DNA from: Eledone cirrhosa
Taxonomy: Eukaryota
DNA length: 64,000 bases
NCBI GenBank assembly: GCA_964016885.1
Contig: OZ024742.1
Span: forward strand, 272,552,001-272,616,000
Reading direction: 5' to 3'
Below the pieces are notes generated by a model. The model was not told the origin of the DNA, did not search any database, and saw nothing but the letters and a program-made list of their open reading frames with translations. The translations under genes and the position numbers were made by a program. Positions 13,951 through 27,395 of this stretch are shown one piece after another. The first letter of the stretch is position 1. Every line of letters starts with the position of its first letter.

Positions 13951-15546
13951 CTTTCGAGATCTGATACCCTTTTCCCAGACTCACAGGAACACACGAATAT
14001 GGATATGACCAAAAAGTACATCAATGTGAACTTTAGCTGAGGGCTGGATTCTTTTAATTGAAGATGGTCTTAAGTTTTGTAAGTTCCGATGTGTTCATGG
14101 TTGACCTGGCGATTGTTGGGTTTAAATCATGGTGAGAGTTAATAAAATTCTCGGAGCAGTGCCACGAATGTCCACTTTATATCGCAAACGAATTACAACA
14201 TATCAGAAAATGTCGATACAATCAAATATTTCTACACAGTGAGCTTCAAAATAGTTGAATATCCATCTATACATAACAGCAAACCTGTCCTCATATAACA
14301 CCACATATTGGGAATGCATATGATCGATAGAAACTCTAGAAAGAGACGCATAGTGAAATATATTTATGAATATTAAAAATAACTTTGGTAACGTCATAAC
14401 TTGAAACACTTTGCTCCTAGGTAAATTTGATCGAGTCTGACAAGACACTACAAATCAAAATCTAGACAAATACGTGCCTCTATATATTCAGAGTTACATT
14501 ATCCTTGTTCAATTAACTGTGGGGCGACATTCAAAGAGAAATCGTCTCGTTGTTTGAAAATGTATGCTTTTCTTTCTGTTGTACAGATATGTGATCAAAT
14601 GGAAGCCAACATTTTCATACTTCGATATTTTTAGATTTCTACAAAACTACGTTAAATAAGTAAAATTTGCAGCGAATTTAAGCGTAGTCAGATACATGTT
14701 GAAACCCAGAATTTCACATAAAAATGGAAAATATCAATGGTGAATACAAACATGCTGAAAGTATTCAAATGTTGTGGGAAAAAGAATTAAACAGTAGCGT
14801 TGTGTAATCAAACTGAACACTCTAATGTAATGAGCAAGAAACATAATTTTCCCACTTAAAAATGTTATTGCTTTTATGATATGACTGTTCAACAATATAA
14901 GAATAGGAATTCTAAAAAAAACATATATACAAGTGAAACATATAAATGTGTCCCGACAGACCAGTCACCAATGTATTTGATAGGAGTGATTCAAAGAAAA
15001 ATAGAAATATTGTAAAACTTTCAACAATAAATATGAAGAATTGTTTTATTTTTAGTTTAAACTGTGTTATTTTGTAGTCCAAAATAAATAATAACCCCCC
15101 CCCCCCCCCCCAACACACACATATATATTTACAAAGAGTAAAAAGGAAAAAATACCGTAGAAAATACTGGAGGGAATTTTTCAGTATAATATAAAAACAT
15201 ATATTTATAAACTAGGGATTTCCGCATTTAATCATGCACCGGTTTTAGCTTCATATGCTTTTTCAACGACAGAAATGTATAGTGCAGGTAAATTGCATAT
15301 TTATACAAATAATAATTACGTGGAGAAAAACAAAATTATTTTTACATAGATATTTAGAAATTAAACTTTACATTTTTGTCCGCAGTTTACTATCGTTCTC
15401 AGTTAATGTTGACAAACAGAGGTTTTAACAGTTGAAATCGTTGGCTTCTACTGTTCGCCTCGATTGGTAGTTGTGGGGGGAGAACGTGGTTCGTATTTGG
15501 TGATAATATATATATATATAAATGTAATGTGAGTTTTTCGAATATT

Positions 15547-15730
15547 AATAATTGTTTCTACTTTTGGAACAAGGCCAGCAATTACCCAGTGTATTACTGG
15601 TACTTTATTTTATCTACCCCGTAAGGATGAAAGGCAAAGTTAACCTCGGCGGGATTTGAAATCAGAATGGCAAGGGCTGTAACTCTATGCGTCAAAGCAT
15701 GGCGTCCGACCCTCTGCTGATACTGCCAAT
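15547..15730 (-). mobile_element. tRNA-derived SINE with Nin-domain-like core
   Basis: A-box TGGCAGTATC and B-box-like TTCAAATCC; core GCCTTTCATCCTTACGGGGT-GATAAAATAAAGTACCAG. Confidence 0.9.
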
Positions 15731-15939
15731 AATATTATTCGATTCGTTCGCAATTATACAAATAACCTCTTCTAAGCCATGACAGTAGAATGAGCCCCTC
15801 ATTCTGGCTCTTGTATTGGCATATAAACAGAACTACAGACACTAATGTTTCTGGGTGATTGCCCTTCATCTGTGCAGTTTACGGCTCAACATCCAATTGA
15901 CAGAGCTAGTGAAAATATATATTTTCTAAATTACACAGT

Positions 15940-16055
15940 GTCTGATCAGCCTGATTTGCATATTAACAGACTGGCCGACCTGTCAGATCTGAATATTAGC
16001 AGATTCACTGATCAGCTAGATTTGCATATCAGCAGATAGGCCAGTCTGTTTCATC
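15940..16055 (+). repeat. Degenerate 33-bp tandem repeat (~3.5 units)
   Basis: Units tctgatcagcctgatttgcatattaacagactg / gccgacctgtcagatctgaatattagcagattc / actgatcagctagatttgcatatcagcagatag. Confidence 0.75.
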
Positions 16056-16155
16056 TATACGAACGATTAATCACCGACTTTGACAATAACTAAAAAAAAA
16101 GTTATCGCTCTACATGGCTGAACACAATAAATGTAAACTGACTTTTTCGAATATT

Positions 16156-16341
16156 AATAATTGTTTCTACTGTTGGCACAAGGCTAGCAATTATCCAGTG
16201 CATTACTGGTACTTTATTTTATTGGCCCCATAAGGATGTAAGGCAAAATTAACGTTGGCGGGGTTTGAACTCAGGATGGAAGGGGCCGTATCTCTATGCG
16301 TCAAAGCATGGCGTCTGAACCGCTACTGTTACTGCCAATCC
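16156..16341 (-). mobile_element. tRNA-derived SINE
   Basis: Same family as 15547-15730. Confidence 0.9.
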
Positions 16342-18145
16342 AATTAATAATAATATTCGATTCGTTTGCAATTATGCAAACACCCTCTTTTAAGCCATGT
16401 CAGTAGAATGACCCCCTTATTCTTGCTCTTGTTTTGCATGTAAACAGAACTGCAGACAGTAATGTTTTGGGTGATTACCCTTCACCAGTGAAGTTTACGT
16501 TGATAAACGTTATGCAACAGCTATGAACTCATCGGACAACTTGAACAGAAAAAAAAAGATAAACATAAAGGTGAAATAAATCTTACTTCTTTTATCACCG
16601 AAATATATATAACAGCTATTATAAACTAATTTAATTATACACTTTTGAGTTGTACTTCATAATTCTAAATATACTCTTGGGTAACATGCCAAACTGTATA
16701 CTTCGTTGAATTCTCTACCATTCATACTGAAGTGTCGGTGATTAACTAAATCATACTCTAATTACATGTCCTTTTTAAGCGTAAATCTCTTTTATGGGAG
16801 TATAATTCAGGCAGACAAAAACAAAAATGTTACTAAATCACATTTATATATCGATCTCCTTGCCATGGTTTCGTTTGCGGAAGAATTAATTATTGGGAAG
16901 ACCAATATTTGAAGAATCCACAAATTCTTCAGGGAAGTCATTCCTCAATTCTAAGAGGCTGTATTGATCATGAAATTATACATACTGTTGACGAGTCAGC
17001 TTGCTGGACAAAACACGTTATTTAGTTGAACTATTACATTAACAAATGCCTCTTAATATATTACGACTACAGTATAGGCTTACAATGTCGGTAGCAATAG
17101 CAGCCGTGTCTGCCCGTGTAGATATATATATATAAACGCATATATATGCATAACCATACACATACACATAAACATACACGTCCGGTGTGTATAAACCGCT
17201 GTCCTAGGATATTATTTAAAAGCGACTGGGCTCTTTAAAAACGATTTCTTTCAGAGGAACAAAAAGAAAGGTGGAGAGAATGGAGAGGTGAGAGAGGGAT
17301 GAGATTGGATAATTCTACACAATATTAGGCAGGTACTTTCTTTATATGCGGGATTTGAACACAGTCAAAATAGATATATTAAAGCATTTTATACAGCAAT
17401 TTAGTGTTTTGCCAATTCCCCCCTTTTGTTATGCATACAAATACGTAGGCAATTATATATAGGTAATGTAGGAGACAGAAGTACGCATATCCTACATCTT
17501 ACACATTTACAGAGAGTTCGACTCATGTAACAATACACAGATCAATAAAGGTTTCGATTAAATGACTGATTTATTGTTTTTTTAAGAATTGCCAAACTGA
17601 ATCTTTTATGCATTAATATATAACTTGATATGTGAAATAGCGTGAAATAGCGCTTGTGCAATTATGAGTTACATTGCTTTTCAGAACGTTTTTGACCGAT
17701 AATGGTTTCTTTTGTTTTAAATTCACGATGTAAAAAAATGACAAATGTCGCGGGGTACACTTCCCCAGCATATACTATTCCTAATTAAATATTCACGTCA
17801 GTAAATATAAAGAAAATCATTGAATTAATAATAAACGACTTATCTCTTAATTGTGCAACTTTAGAAATATTGGCAAAGCAAGAAGATTATGGGCAATGTT
17901 GTATGATCTGTAATTCCATTAATATATACTTTGACATCTAGAGTAACTAATATCATTAGACATCTAGTCTAGCAACATTTCAAAGAAGGTAAGCATCGGT
18001 AGTATTTGAAAATCCACAAGTGACAATGTGCCAATTAAGGTTAATTTACTCAATACATTATAATATATATCGATTCGTTCTATACGAAAACAATCCGTCC
18101 GATGGTTTACGATGTACGATATACACGCACATATATGTATGTATG

Positions 18146-18241
<96 letters not shown>

Positions 18242-18256
18242 TACATATATACATAT

Positions 18257-18342
<86 letters not shown>

Positions 18343-18637
18343 CTGAGGATGTCTGTCTGTGTGTGTGTGAGTTTGAATCCCTAAAACTAGAGAAGCACAC
18401 AACCGACTGTTTTCAAACTTTACACATGTAATACTTATGTAATACTTATGTTTCTGAGCAAAAAGAAATTCAAATTTTCATGCCCTAGTGACCGCATTAG
18501 GCGATTTAATGATCTCTCTCTATAATTCTTAGTCTTTCTCTTTTTAGATAGATACATACATATAACGTCGCGCCCTTATAATATATGTCTGTATGTCTGG
18601 CTGTCTGCATTCCGTCACTTCCCTGAGGATGTCTGTC

Positions 18638-18679
<42 letters not shown>

Positions 18680-19213
18680 TGAGTTTGAATCCCTAAAACT
18701 CGAGAAATACACAACCGATTTTTTTTAAACTTTACATGTGTATTACTTATGTTTCAGTGAGTGTTACGCACATACAACATTCAACTTCTTCATCTCCTAG
18801 CGCCCGCATCAAGTGAAGAACTGCGTTTTTTAAGCTTTCAAGGAGTATTTTGAGGCGTTACGTCAGACCGATTTCCTTGAAATTGTAACTATGTATTAGA
18901 CGGTCTCTTCTTCATACCGTGAGGAAAGAAAATTCAACTTTTTTATGGCCTAGGGCCAGCATTAGGTGAACAACTTCATTTTTTTCAGCTTTTTAGGGCT
19001 TTTTGGAGGCGTTACGTCTAGCTGATTTTCCCGAAATTTCAAGGTATATTTTCCTGCTTCATCGAGGAATACATTAAAGTTTATCCAGCCATCAGAGTAT
19101 TCGGTTTATTTTCTTTGAATATTGTCCAGGCATGCAGTTTACCACAATTAGGTCTGTTGGCGGCCCACGTTCCAAAATACATTATATCGTGCAACGCCGG
19201 GTACCACTGCTAG
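18343..19213 (+). mobile_element. Non-autonomous Helitron with a partial upstream duplicate (18343-18505)
   Basis: Ends cgtgcaacgccgggtaccactgCTAG|T (19210-19213), the Helitron hairpin plus CTAG pattern; internal subrepeats; no ORF. Confidence 0.7.
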
Positions 19214-19280
19214 TATTATATAAAATAATTAAGTCAAATATGTAAGATTTGGCTTCGTTTATTATAAATTATATATATAC

Positions 19281-21120
19281 TGTTATACTTTGGGAGGGTC
19301 ATGTTTGCAATAAGAAACACACGCACCAGTTGCTTTCACTTCAATTTATTATATATTTATAAATTTATAAATTTACAAATCTACAAACTTATAAATTTCT
19401 GGTTGGTTGGTTGGTTCCACAACCAGATAGTTGTTTATATATAGTCATAGTCCTTTCGTCACACACTCTGTGACCTCTTCAGTGACTGGGGATTCCTTTC
19501 TTTGTTTCTGTGCCTTTCCTTTCTTCTTTCCTACGCCATTCTGTTTCTGTATGTGTGTTGTGTGCTCAGTTTCCGCATGCGCCACATCCGGGTGTCTGTG
19601 TATGTTTGTGTTCATTTATCTATTTGTTTATTTATTTACATGTTGTTGGTTGGTTGTTTGTTCTATGTGTGTGTGTGTTTTCATTTTGTCCTTAATTGTA
19701 AGTTGTGATGTTGCTGTTCGACTCATATTTTCTATTTAATTTTGGTTGTAATTCTTTTATGCTTACTGCCTCTGTAATTTGCCTAAACATTGCATCTTTT
19801 CTGTGTGTGGATTCTATTTTTATTTCTATGTTCTCTAATTTACCCTTGTGTTCTATCTTAGCATGTTGGTAGAGTACAGATGATTCGTTATTATCTTGAA
19901 GGTCTCGCCAGTGTTCATTTATCCGTTCCCCTATACTACGAGCTGTCTCACCTATGTACACTATATTTTTGTTTCTACATTGTCGTTTAGTACATCTTAT
20001 GCTATACACTACATTTCTAGTTTTACAGTTAATATGGGGGCTTATTTTACAGGTTATACATTTCTTATCTATACATGAGGGTCTTTGGAACGGGTATGTC
20101 TTGCTAATAAGTGTTTTTTTATGGAGGTACCTGGTCTTTCTACTATCTTAATATTGAGTTTATGTTTATTTAGGGCCCTTCTAAATTTGTAGGCTAGTTC
20201 GCCTCTAGGGGTTGTATTGATGAACATTACACTCTGGTATTTATTGCTATCATACCATGAGTTTATTCTATTGGCCTTGTTCCTAGTTCTTTCTATTCTA
20301 TTCCAAAATTTGCTCCTATACAAGGGGAAGGTCCCATTTATGTCATTATTTACCATTTTTTCCCATTTGGTTCTGGCTCCTCTATACACTCTGATTCTAT
20401 CTTTCTGATTGTAGCCAGAGAACTGCATACGGTGGATGAAGTGTTGTATGTGTCTCTCTAGTTCTTCGGGGTTGTACATGCGGGACACATTTATCATCAC
20501 CCGTACCAAATCCGAAATCAGTATGTTGATTTTGGTATGGTCCGAAATGGCCGAGTTTCGGTGGATCAGATGTTTGGAAGTCATGGGTTTGGCATAATGG
20601 GAATGGAGGATTTGTTTTTGGTTGTTAATGGTATCTAACCAGAGCTCTGTGTCTAGTACAGGTAATCGATGGTTGGGGTGTCTACTTGGGTAGTCTATAG
20701 TAACTCTAATGCTCTGGTGGATGGAGTTTGCTATTTGCTGGATGCTTTCCATTGTGTTTTTCTCTAGTTCCTGACAGTTCTCTAGTGATGGTGTCTTAAC
20801 TACGATGTTTATATCATCTACGTAGCGGGAGTACGTTATCAGGGTTAAGCTGTCTTCTAATTGTTCTTTAAGTTTAATTTTAAGTCTACTGTCCCATATA
20901 TATAAACAACTATCTGGTTGTAGAACCAACCAACCAACCAGAAATTTATAAGTTTGTAGATTTGTAAATTTATAAATTTATAAATATATAATAAATTGAA
21001 GTGAAAGCAACTGGTGCGTGTGTTTCTTATTGGCAACATGACCCTCCCAAAGTATAACAATATCGGTTTCAACACACGATTTCAGATAAAGAATCTTGCT
21101 AAACAAATTCAGAAACGAAA
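19281..21120 (-). mobile_element. 5'-truncated PLE (family C) with an inverted copy of its tail at 20895-21120
   Basis: ORF 20069-20929 has SRYVDD, LPVLDTELW, MQFSGY. ORF 19692-20009 has YSI..YIGETARSIGERINEH..ITEA..PKLN (GIY-YIG). Confidence 0.92.
19443..19487 (-). ncRNA. Type I HHR (family C)
   Basis: AGTCA-CTGAAGA-g-GTCAC agagtgt GTGAC-GAAA-GgaC-TA-TGACT. Confidence 0.85.
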
Positions 21121-21130
21121 TATATATATA

Positions 21131-21183
21131 CTGCTATATATATTTCGGTGACAGCCATCATTCGCTCTGACCTCTTCAGGCAG
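21131..21183 (-). ncRNA. Type I HHR (family D)
   Basis: CTGC-CTGAAGA-GGT..ACC-GAAA-TATATA-TA-GCAG; palindromic stem III. Confidence 0.75.
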
Positions 21184-21307
21184 TCCGAATTGATTCCAGT
21201 TCCTCAAGGAAATAACAACACAACCAGGAGATGGACATATTGATGTATTGACGGAGTAAAACACACTTCAACAACATGTGTACCTGTCTTTCCCACACCA
21301 ATTCGGA

Positions 21308-21357
21308 CTGCCTGAAGAGGTCACAGCCTGAAGAGGTCACCGAAATATATATAGCAG
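21308..21357 (+). ncRNA. Type I HHR (family D) with a duplicated CTGAAGAGGTCAC
   Basis: Inverted partner of 21131-21183. Confidence 0.65.
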
Positions 21358-21503
21358 TATATCTATAATTTATAAATAACGAAGCCAAATTTTACATATT
21401 TCACTTAAATTTACATTACTCCGGAGTAAACAAAGTGCTCCAATCTGCATACTGAGGTGTCGGTAAACAACCAAAATATACTCAAAATATATATATATTT
21501 TAC

Positions 21504-21534
<31 letters not shown>

Positions 21535-21549
21535 ATATATATATATATA

Positions 21550-21600
<51 letters not shown>

Positions 21601-21604
<4 letters not shown>

Positions 21605-23444
21605 ATTTGGAGTTAGAAGGCCAAAACAATGCAGGTATGGATATAGAATATAAATACAAATACAAAAGATATTGCTGACAATTAGTCTTTTACCTTAAAT
21701 TTATTTGAATGTCCTGAATTTTCGAGATAATATCTCTTCTTCGGAGGGAAGTAAAGGGGTTAATCCAGTGTTATTATTAGCTTGCCAAGTCATGCTGACA
21801 GGAAATGGTATAGAAATTCCATTCTATTTCTAATGTCAAAGAGGGAAGGTTAGGTGGATGAACAGTTGTCTCCCTTTAAAAAGGGTTTGGACATCTATGT
21901 CTAAGTGTGTGTGGGAGAATACGTGAAGGTGAAAGCATGCGTGTGTGAGTGCGTGTGTGTGTGAGTGTGAGAGGATATGTTTATATGTAAATGTGGAGCT
22001 ATATTCTCTATCATGTTGAAACTGGTATTTGTGTGTGTATGCGTGTGTGTGCGAGAGAATACGTGGAGGTGCAACCGTACGTGCGTGTGTGTGTGGGAGA
22101 GGGTACTTGGAGGTGTAAGTGTGGGGATAGGTGCTCTATCATGTTAAAAATTGGGTGTTGAGTTCTAGTCTGTTATTGATTAGTGGTTGCGTTTTGTCTA
22201 TAATCAGTGCTTCTTTAATTCTAAGATTGCCGAGGTTTCTTTCCTTAGCTTCTACCCTAACTATTATGTTTTTCTCGGTGTTTTTCCATTTCACTAGGTG
22301 TTTCTTAAATGAGGAAACGTTAGCGCTGAGGTGTTCTTTTATTCTTATATGAAGTAGTCTGGTGGTGCTACCTATGTAGAAATTGCTGCATTTGTCGCAC
22401 TCTAATTTGTATACGACGTAAGCCTGGTGGCATAGGTCTGTGTCGTTCATGGGGCAGTTGGCTAGCCTGCAGCGGCTGTCATGTCTGGTGGAGTGTCATT
22501 TGGTTAGCTGTCCGCGTAGAGAAGGGTTGAGTGGGCTAGCTGGATATCTAGTCCCTCTCGTCTGATAGCTCTGCTGATGGATGTTGTTGTTTCGACACTG
22601 AAGGGTGGTGTCCTCTGTTGTTTCTGGCACCTTTCGGGTATCCCAGGATCTTCTCTATTTTTGCAGCAATTCCTACTTAGGTATCACCACCAGACTACTT
22701 CACATAAGAATAATAGAACACCTCAACACTATCGTTTCTTCATTTAAGAAAAACCTAGTGAAATGCAAAAACACCGACAAAAACATAACAGTTAGGATAG
22801 AAGCTAAGGAGAGAAACCTCGGCAATCTTAGAATGAATGAAGCACTGATTATAGACAAAACGCAACCACCAATCAATAACAAACTAGAACTCAACACCAT
22901 ATTATTATCATGATAGAGCACCTAGCCCCACACTTACAACTCCACGTACCCTCTCTCACACTCACACACGCACACGCAAGCTTACACCACTTATTCTCTC
23001 TCTGACACACACACACAAAGACCAGTTTGAACATGATAGAGCACGTAGGCCCCACATTTACATATAAACATGTCCGCTCACACTCGCACACACACATGCA
23101 CACACACACGCATGCTTACACCTTCACGTATTCTCCCACACACACTTAGACATACATGTCCAAACCCTTTTCAAAGAGAGACAACTCTTTATCCACCAAA
23201 CGTTCACTCTTTGACATTAGGAATATAATGGAATTTCTATACCATTTCCTGTCAGCATTACTTGGCATGCTAATTAGAACACTGGATTAACCCCTTTACT
23301 TCCCTCCAAGAATAGATATTATCTCGAAAATTAAGGGTATTCAAATAAATTTAAGGTAAATGACTAATTGTTAGCAATATCTTTTGCATTTGTATTTATA
23401 TTCTATATCCATACCTGCATTGTTTTGGCCTTCTAGCTTCAAAC
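21601..23444. mobile_element. PLE family E, head-to-head inverted GIY-YIG plus tail copies
   Basis: Minus ORF 22139-22450 has VVYKLEC..FYIGSTTRLLHIRIKEH..IKEALII..PLIN. 22685-23444 is the reverse complement of ~21601-22365. Confidence 0.92.
21713..21747 (-). ncRNA. Minimal HHR-like motif with variant core CCGAAGA
   Basis: CCT-CCGAAGA-a-GAGAT att ATCTC-GAAA-AT-TC-AGG. Confidence 0.65.
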
Positions 23445-23514
23445 GTTGATACCTCATTACGCAATGCTTCAAGTAAACTACAATGTCCTCCTATATATAT
23501 ATATACATATATAC

Positions 23515-23642
<128 letters not shown>

Positions 23643-24448
23643 CAAGTAACGGGATAAGAAGTTATCGGTGTAGGTAATCCACTTAGAGGTAGTCCAGTTA
23701 GAGTACTCCGTGTTGTGGATGGTTTTAACGTATGGCTTAGTTTGAATCAACAAGACGCTTCCATAGTGATGCAGCGGTTTCTCGGTGATTTCTATGTAGA
23801 CTGGTTATCTTCGCACGCGGCTGACTAATTTCAGCTCGCTACTATATTGTTATATATTTGATGATCGTATTTAAAGTCCGTTGAAATTTCTTGGCACTAC
23901 CATTGTTACCATACCTCTCCTTAGCCATGGGGCTTGGAGATATGAATCGACTACTACCATTCTATTTTATATCAATGTGAACCGCTATTTCTAATGGCCA
24001 TCTTTTCACCCCTTGATAATTTGTGTGTGAGACACGTTGGCTGTGTGCTTCTGACAGGAACGAAAATATTGATCCTTTTAACTTCCCACCCCACGTAAAA
24101 TGTGTAAACAAGTGGCTAGTTGAGAGATAGAGTCCTATCGCGTGCCAGTTGCTATTAGCTTTACTGTGTCAGTCGTCACAAACAGTCATGGCCGGCATAG
24201 ACTGGTCTTAGGATTCTGTCGATCTATTGGTTATTGATTAGGCGATACCCACTGATGAAGCCGCATAAGCCGAATAAGCATTGTTGCATAATACAGTCAA
24301 ATAGATGGTATAGGCACCGGTTCTACGTGTGTTGTTTTGAAGCAAATAACTTTGTGTATACTCTGGGAATGTATCTTACATTGCCCATGGAGTGCGCTGA
24401 GATACAAGCGGTACTGGCATTGATAAATATGCTGGGTCCGTCAACCCT

Positions 24449-24485
<37 letters not shown>

Positions 24486-24604
24486 CCGCTCTTTCGCCAT
24501 AACTTTAGATTTGTCACACTGCCTTCCGTTCATGCTTAGAGTTGTTACTATCCGAAGTCGGAAATTGATTCTGCTAGTTCCCTTGCAGCTGGTTCCTTGT
24601 AAAT

Positions 24605-25110
24605 ATGGACGCTCTGCTGATTGTGTGCACCAAGGAATATCAACGAGTAGATATTCACTTTCTCTGGTAGGAAGTTGTGTCACGGGATGAAATTCATTGT
24701 AAGACTTTAACACAATACTGTGATAGAAGTGTTTATTATTAGATCGAGCAGTTTAAAATTAGGCGGAAAAGCGTGACACTCGAGCCCTCCACAATTGACG
24801 ATAAGATTCAGGAATCTCGAAAGATAGTAATACGCGAAATATTGAGATAGCATGTTAACAGCAAATTCTAGTTTTGCCTTTCAAATCATTCACCAGGAGC
24901 TGGCCTTCCATAAAGTGTGACAATGGTGTCAAGAGAGATTGTTACAGAGCACAGCCGCAAACGTGTTGAGACCTGCCAACGTATATTCGAACGCTACAAC
25001 AATGAAGTTGAAGAATCTTTGAGGAGAATGCTCCCAGGAGATAAACGTGGGTCCATCGCTATTAGCCATAATTCAAAATACAGTGTATGTAGTGGAAATA
25101 TCCTTGTACA
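24605..25110 (+). pseudogene. Mariner transposase N-terminal fragment
   Basis: MDALLIVCTKEYQRVDIHFLW*..EIH..QY..IEQFK, then IIHQELAFHKV..WVSR-like and KRVETCQRIFERYNNE..LRRMLPGD (WVPR and TGDE motifs, decayed). Confidence 0.8.
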
Positions 25111-25196
25111 CACTGATAGCTGAGCGGCCATGTTTACACTGTAACAGCGATCAAGCTCACATTTCAATCACGTTACCAAAATATGATCAACTATAA

Positions 25197-25310
<114 letters not shown>

Positions 25311-25794
25311 GCGGTGTATGTATGTTTGTATGTATATATATATGCATGTATAACAAATTGTTTTATCGATATACATGACAAAATACAAGGAAAGCCAGTG
25401 TGAGCTTTTCAAATATTAATAATAATATTCGATTAATTTGCAATTATACAAACAGATTCTTAAAGCCATGTGAGTATGATGAGTCCGTCATTCTATTCAT
25501 ATATATGCATACCTTTTAGCAGAAATGCGGTACCCACACCCAGGAATATGACACATTATTTTCTTCATACCTGCTAACTTCGTTCTGATGAAGTGCAATT
25601 GTAGACACGCAATGCATATGAATGAGCATTGTATAGTGCTATCAGCGCATGTAGTTGGTTATGTAATTGTACAGAAACATAAGGTAAAGCTTGACCTCTG
25701 AATACATTTCTCCCTCTGACCACTTTTTTGCCTAGTTTTTCCTGTTTTTCTTGGTACAAGATTACTTATCTGAAAACATGTTTTGAATGAGATA

Positions 25795-26020
25795 TTATTA
25801 AACTTTGGGAGCGTCATGTTGTCAATAAATACACACGTATACTGGGTTTGACTTCAATTTATTACAAATTTCCTGATGGTTTGTTTAATAACAAGATGGT
25901 TGTTTATAGATTGTCAAAGCTTTTCATCACACATTCTGCGCTCTCCTTAGTGACTAAATTGTTATTTTGTATTACACAAATACAAGATGATGTAGGACAG
26001 AAGGAAGGGGAGACAAAATA
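25795..26020 (-). mobile_element. Old PLE family C tail
   Basis: Diverged match to 19281-19540. Confidence 0.6.
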
Positions 26021-26472
26021 TAGCATCGACCTATTAATATTAAATAACACCACATTACAAATTATTCCTCATTCACTAAACGCTTAGTGAAATGTAAAAA
26101 TACAGGCAAAACTATTGCAGTTACGTTTGAAGCAAAACACAGTAATTTAAGTTATTTAAGAATAAAAGAACAGTTAATATCAAGAACCCAACCGCAGGGC
26201 AATAATACACTAGAATTAAAATCACGCAGACCCATAAGATATTATATATGAGGGTATATATATGTATGGGTCGGCTTGTGTGCATGTTGATACGTGCTTA
26301 TGTAGCTAAGTGTATATATGTGTGTGTGTCGATATGTTTGCTTGTGCAAGAAGACACGCTTCTCAAGCTTATTTTTCTGTGAAAATGTGTCTATGTACAT
26401 GTGTGCGTTTACATGTGTATATGTTTGCATATACCCATATTTGTGTGCGTGCCTATGGTTACACACACACAC

Positions 26473-26541
<69 letters not shown>

Positions 26542-26546
26542 CACAT

Positions 26547-26593
<47 letters not shown>

Positions 26594-26874
26594 CACACAC
26601 AATTGTATCTCGAAAATCGTTTTTGAAAAGCGAATGTATTAGAATTCATATAGTAACTGGCAGAACTTAGTGCAACGAAGCTGTTAAAACAGCAAAATGC
26701 CGTCAATGGCGTCGACGGGTAACATTTACCTCAAAGAATAGAAATTAGTGGCTAGAAGTGTGTTGGGGCCGTAGAAACGATAGGAAGAAAGAAGAAAGTG
26801 ATAACATAGACGATATATATATATACATAGACGTATATACTTTAAACATGTTCAATCAACTGACACGGAGGTAT

Positions 26875-26921
26875 ACGGTGCTGATGATAGACAACTAATA
26901 AGCTAGAAACTAGTTCATCGT
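26875..26921 (+). ncRNA. Type I minimal HHR (family F), canonical core
   Basis: ACGGTG-CTGATGA-TAG..CTA-GAAA-CTAG-TT-CATCGT; palindromic stem III ACTAGT. Confidence 0.85.
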
Positions 26922-27146
26922 TCCTTTGTCAGCGTTGACCAAAATGGCAACAATGGTTGTCGAACACTGTACGGCTAATAATTCGGGCTGTTTGGTTACA
27001 AACAAACCGAGCATGATAATTAATGTTCGCTAAACCCATACGTACATATATATATATATATGTGTGCATGTATGTATATATATACTACTGTACATCTGTA
27101 TACATATATGTATGTACGTATACATATTTATATATATATATATATA

Positions 27147-27395
27147 TTGTTATACTTTGAGAGGATCATGCTATCAATAAAAACACATGCACCTGATGGT
27201 TTTCACTTCAATTTATTATAAACCACCGGTTGTTTGGATCAATACCCAGATAGTTTTTCGGCACACATTCTGTGACATCTCCAGTGATTGTTTCTTATAT
27301 TGTGTCCATTCTTAGTTGTGTCCGACGCTATCATATTTCTGTGTTTTGACAACTCACAATACCAAGATGGCGAAGGACAGAACAAAGGAGAACAT
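27147..27395 (-). mobile_element. Old PLE family C tail with a short inverted piece
   Basis: Diverged match to 19281-19540; HHR core mutated. Confidence 0.6.

Noticed and set aside
14203-14448. Possible host exon (acceptor-like tttgtag, 81-aa ORF on the minus strand)
   Set aside because: No recognisable domain or partner exons.
24250-24285. CTGATGA..GAAT HHR-like trace; similar traces at ~25585 and ~44950-44985
   Set aside because: Core or stems are broken; at best decayed copies.
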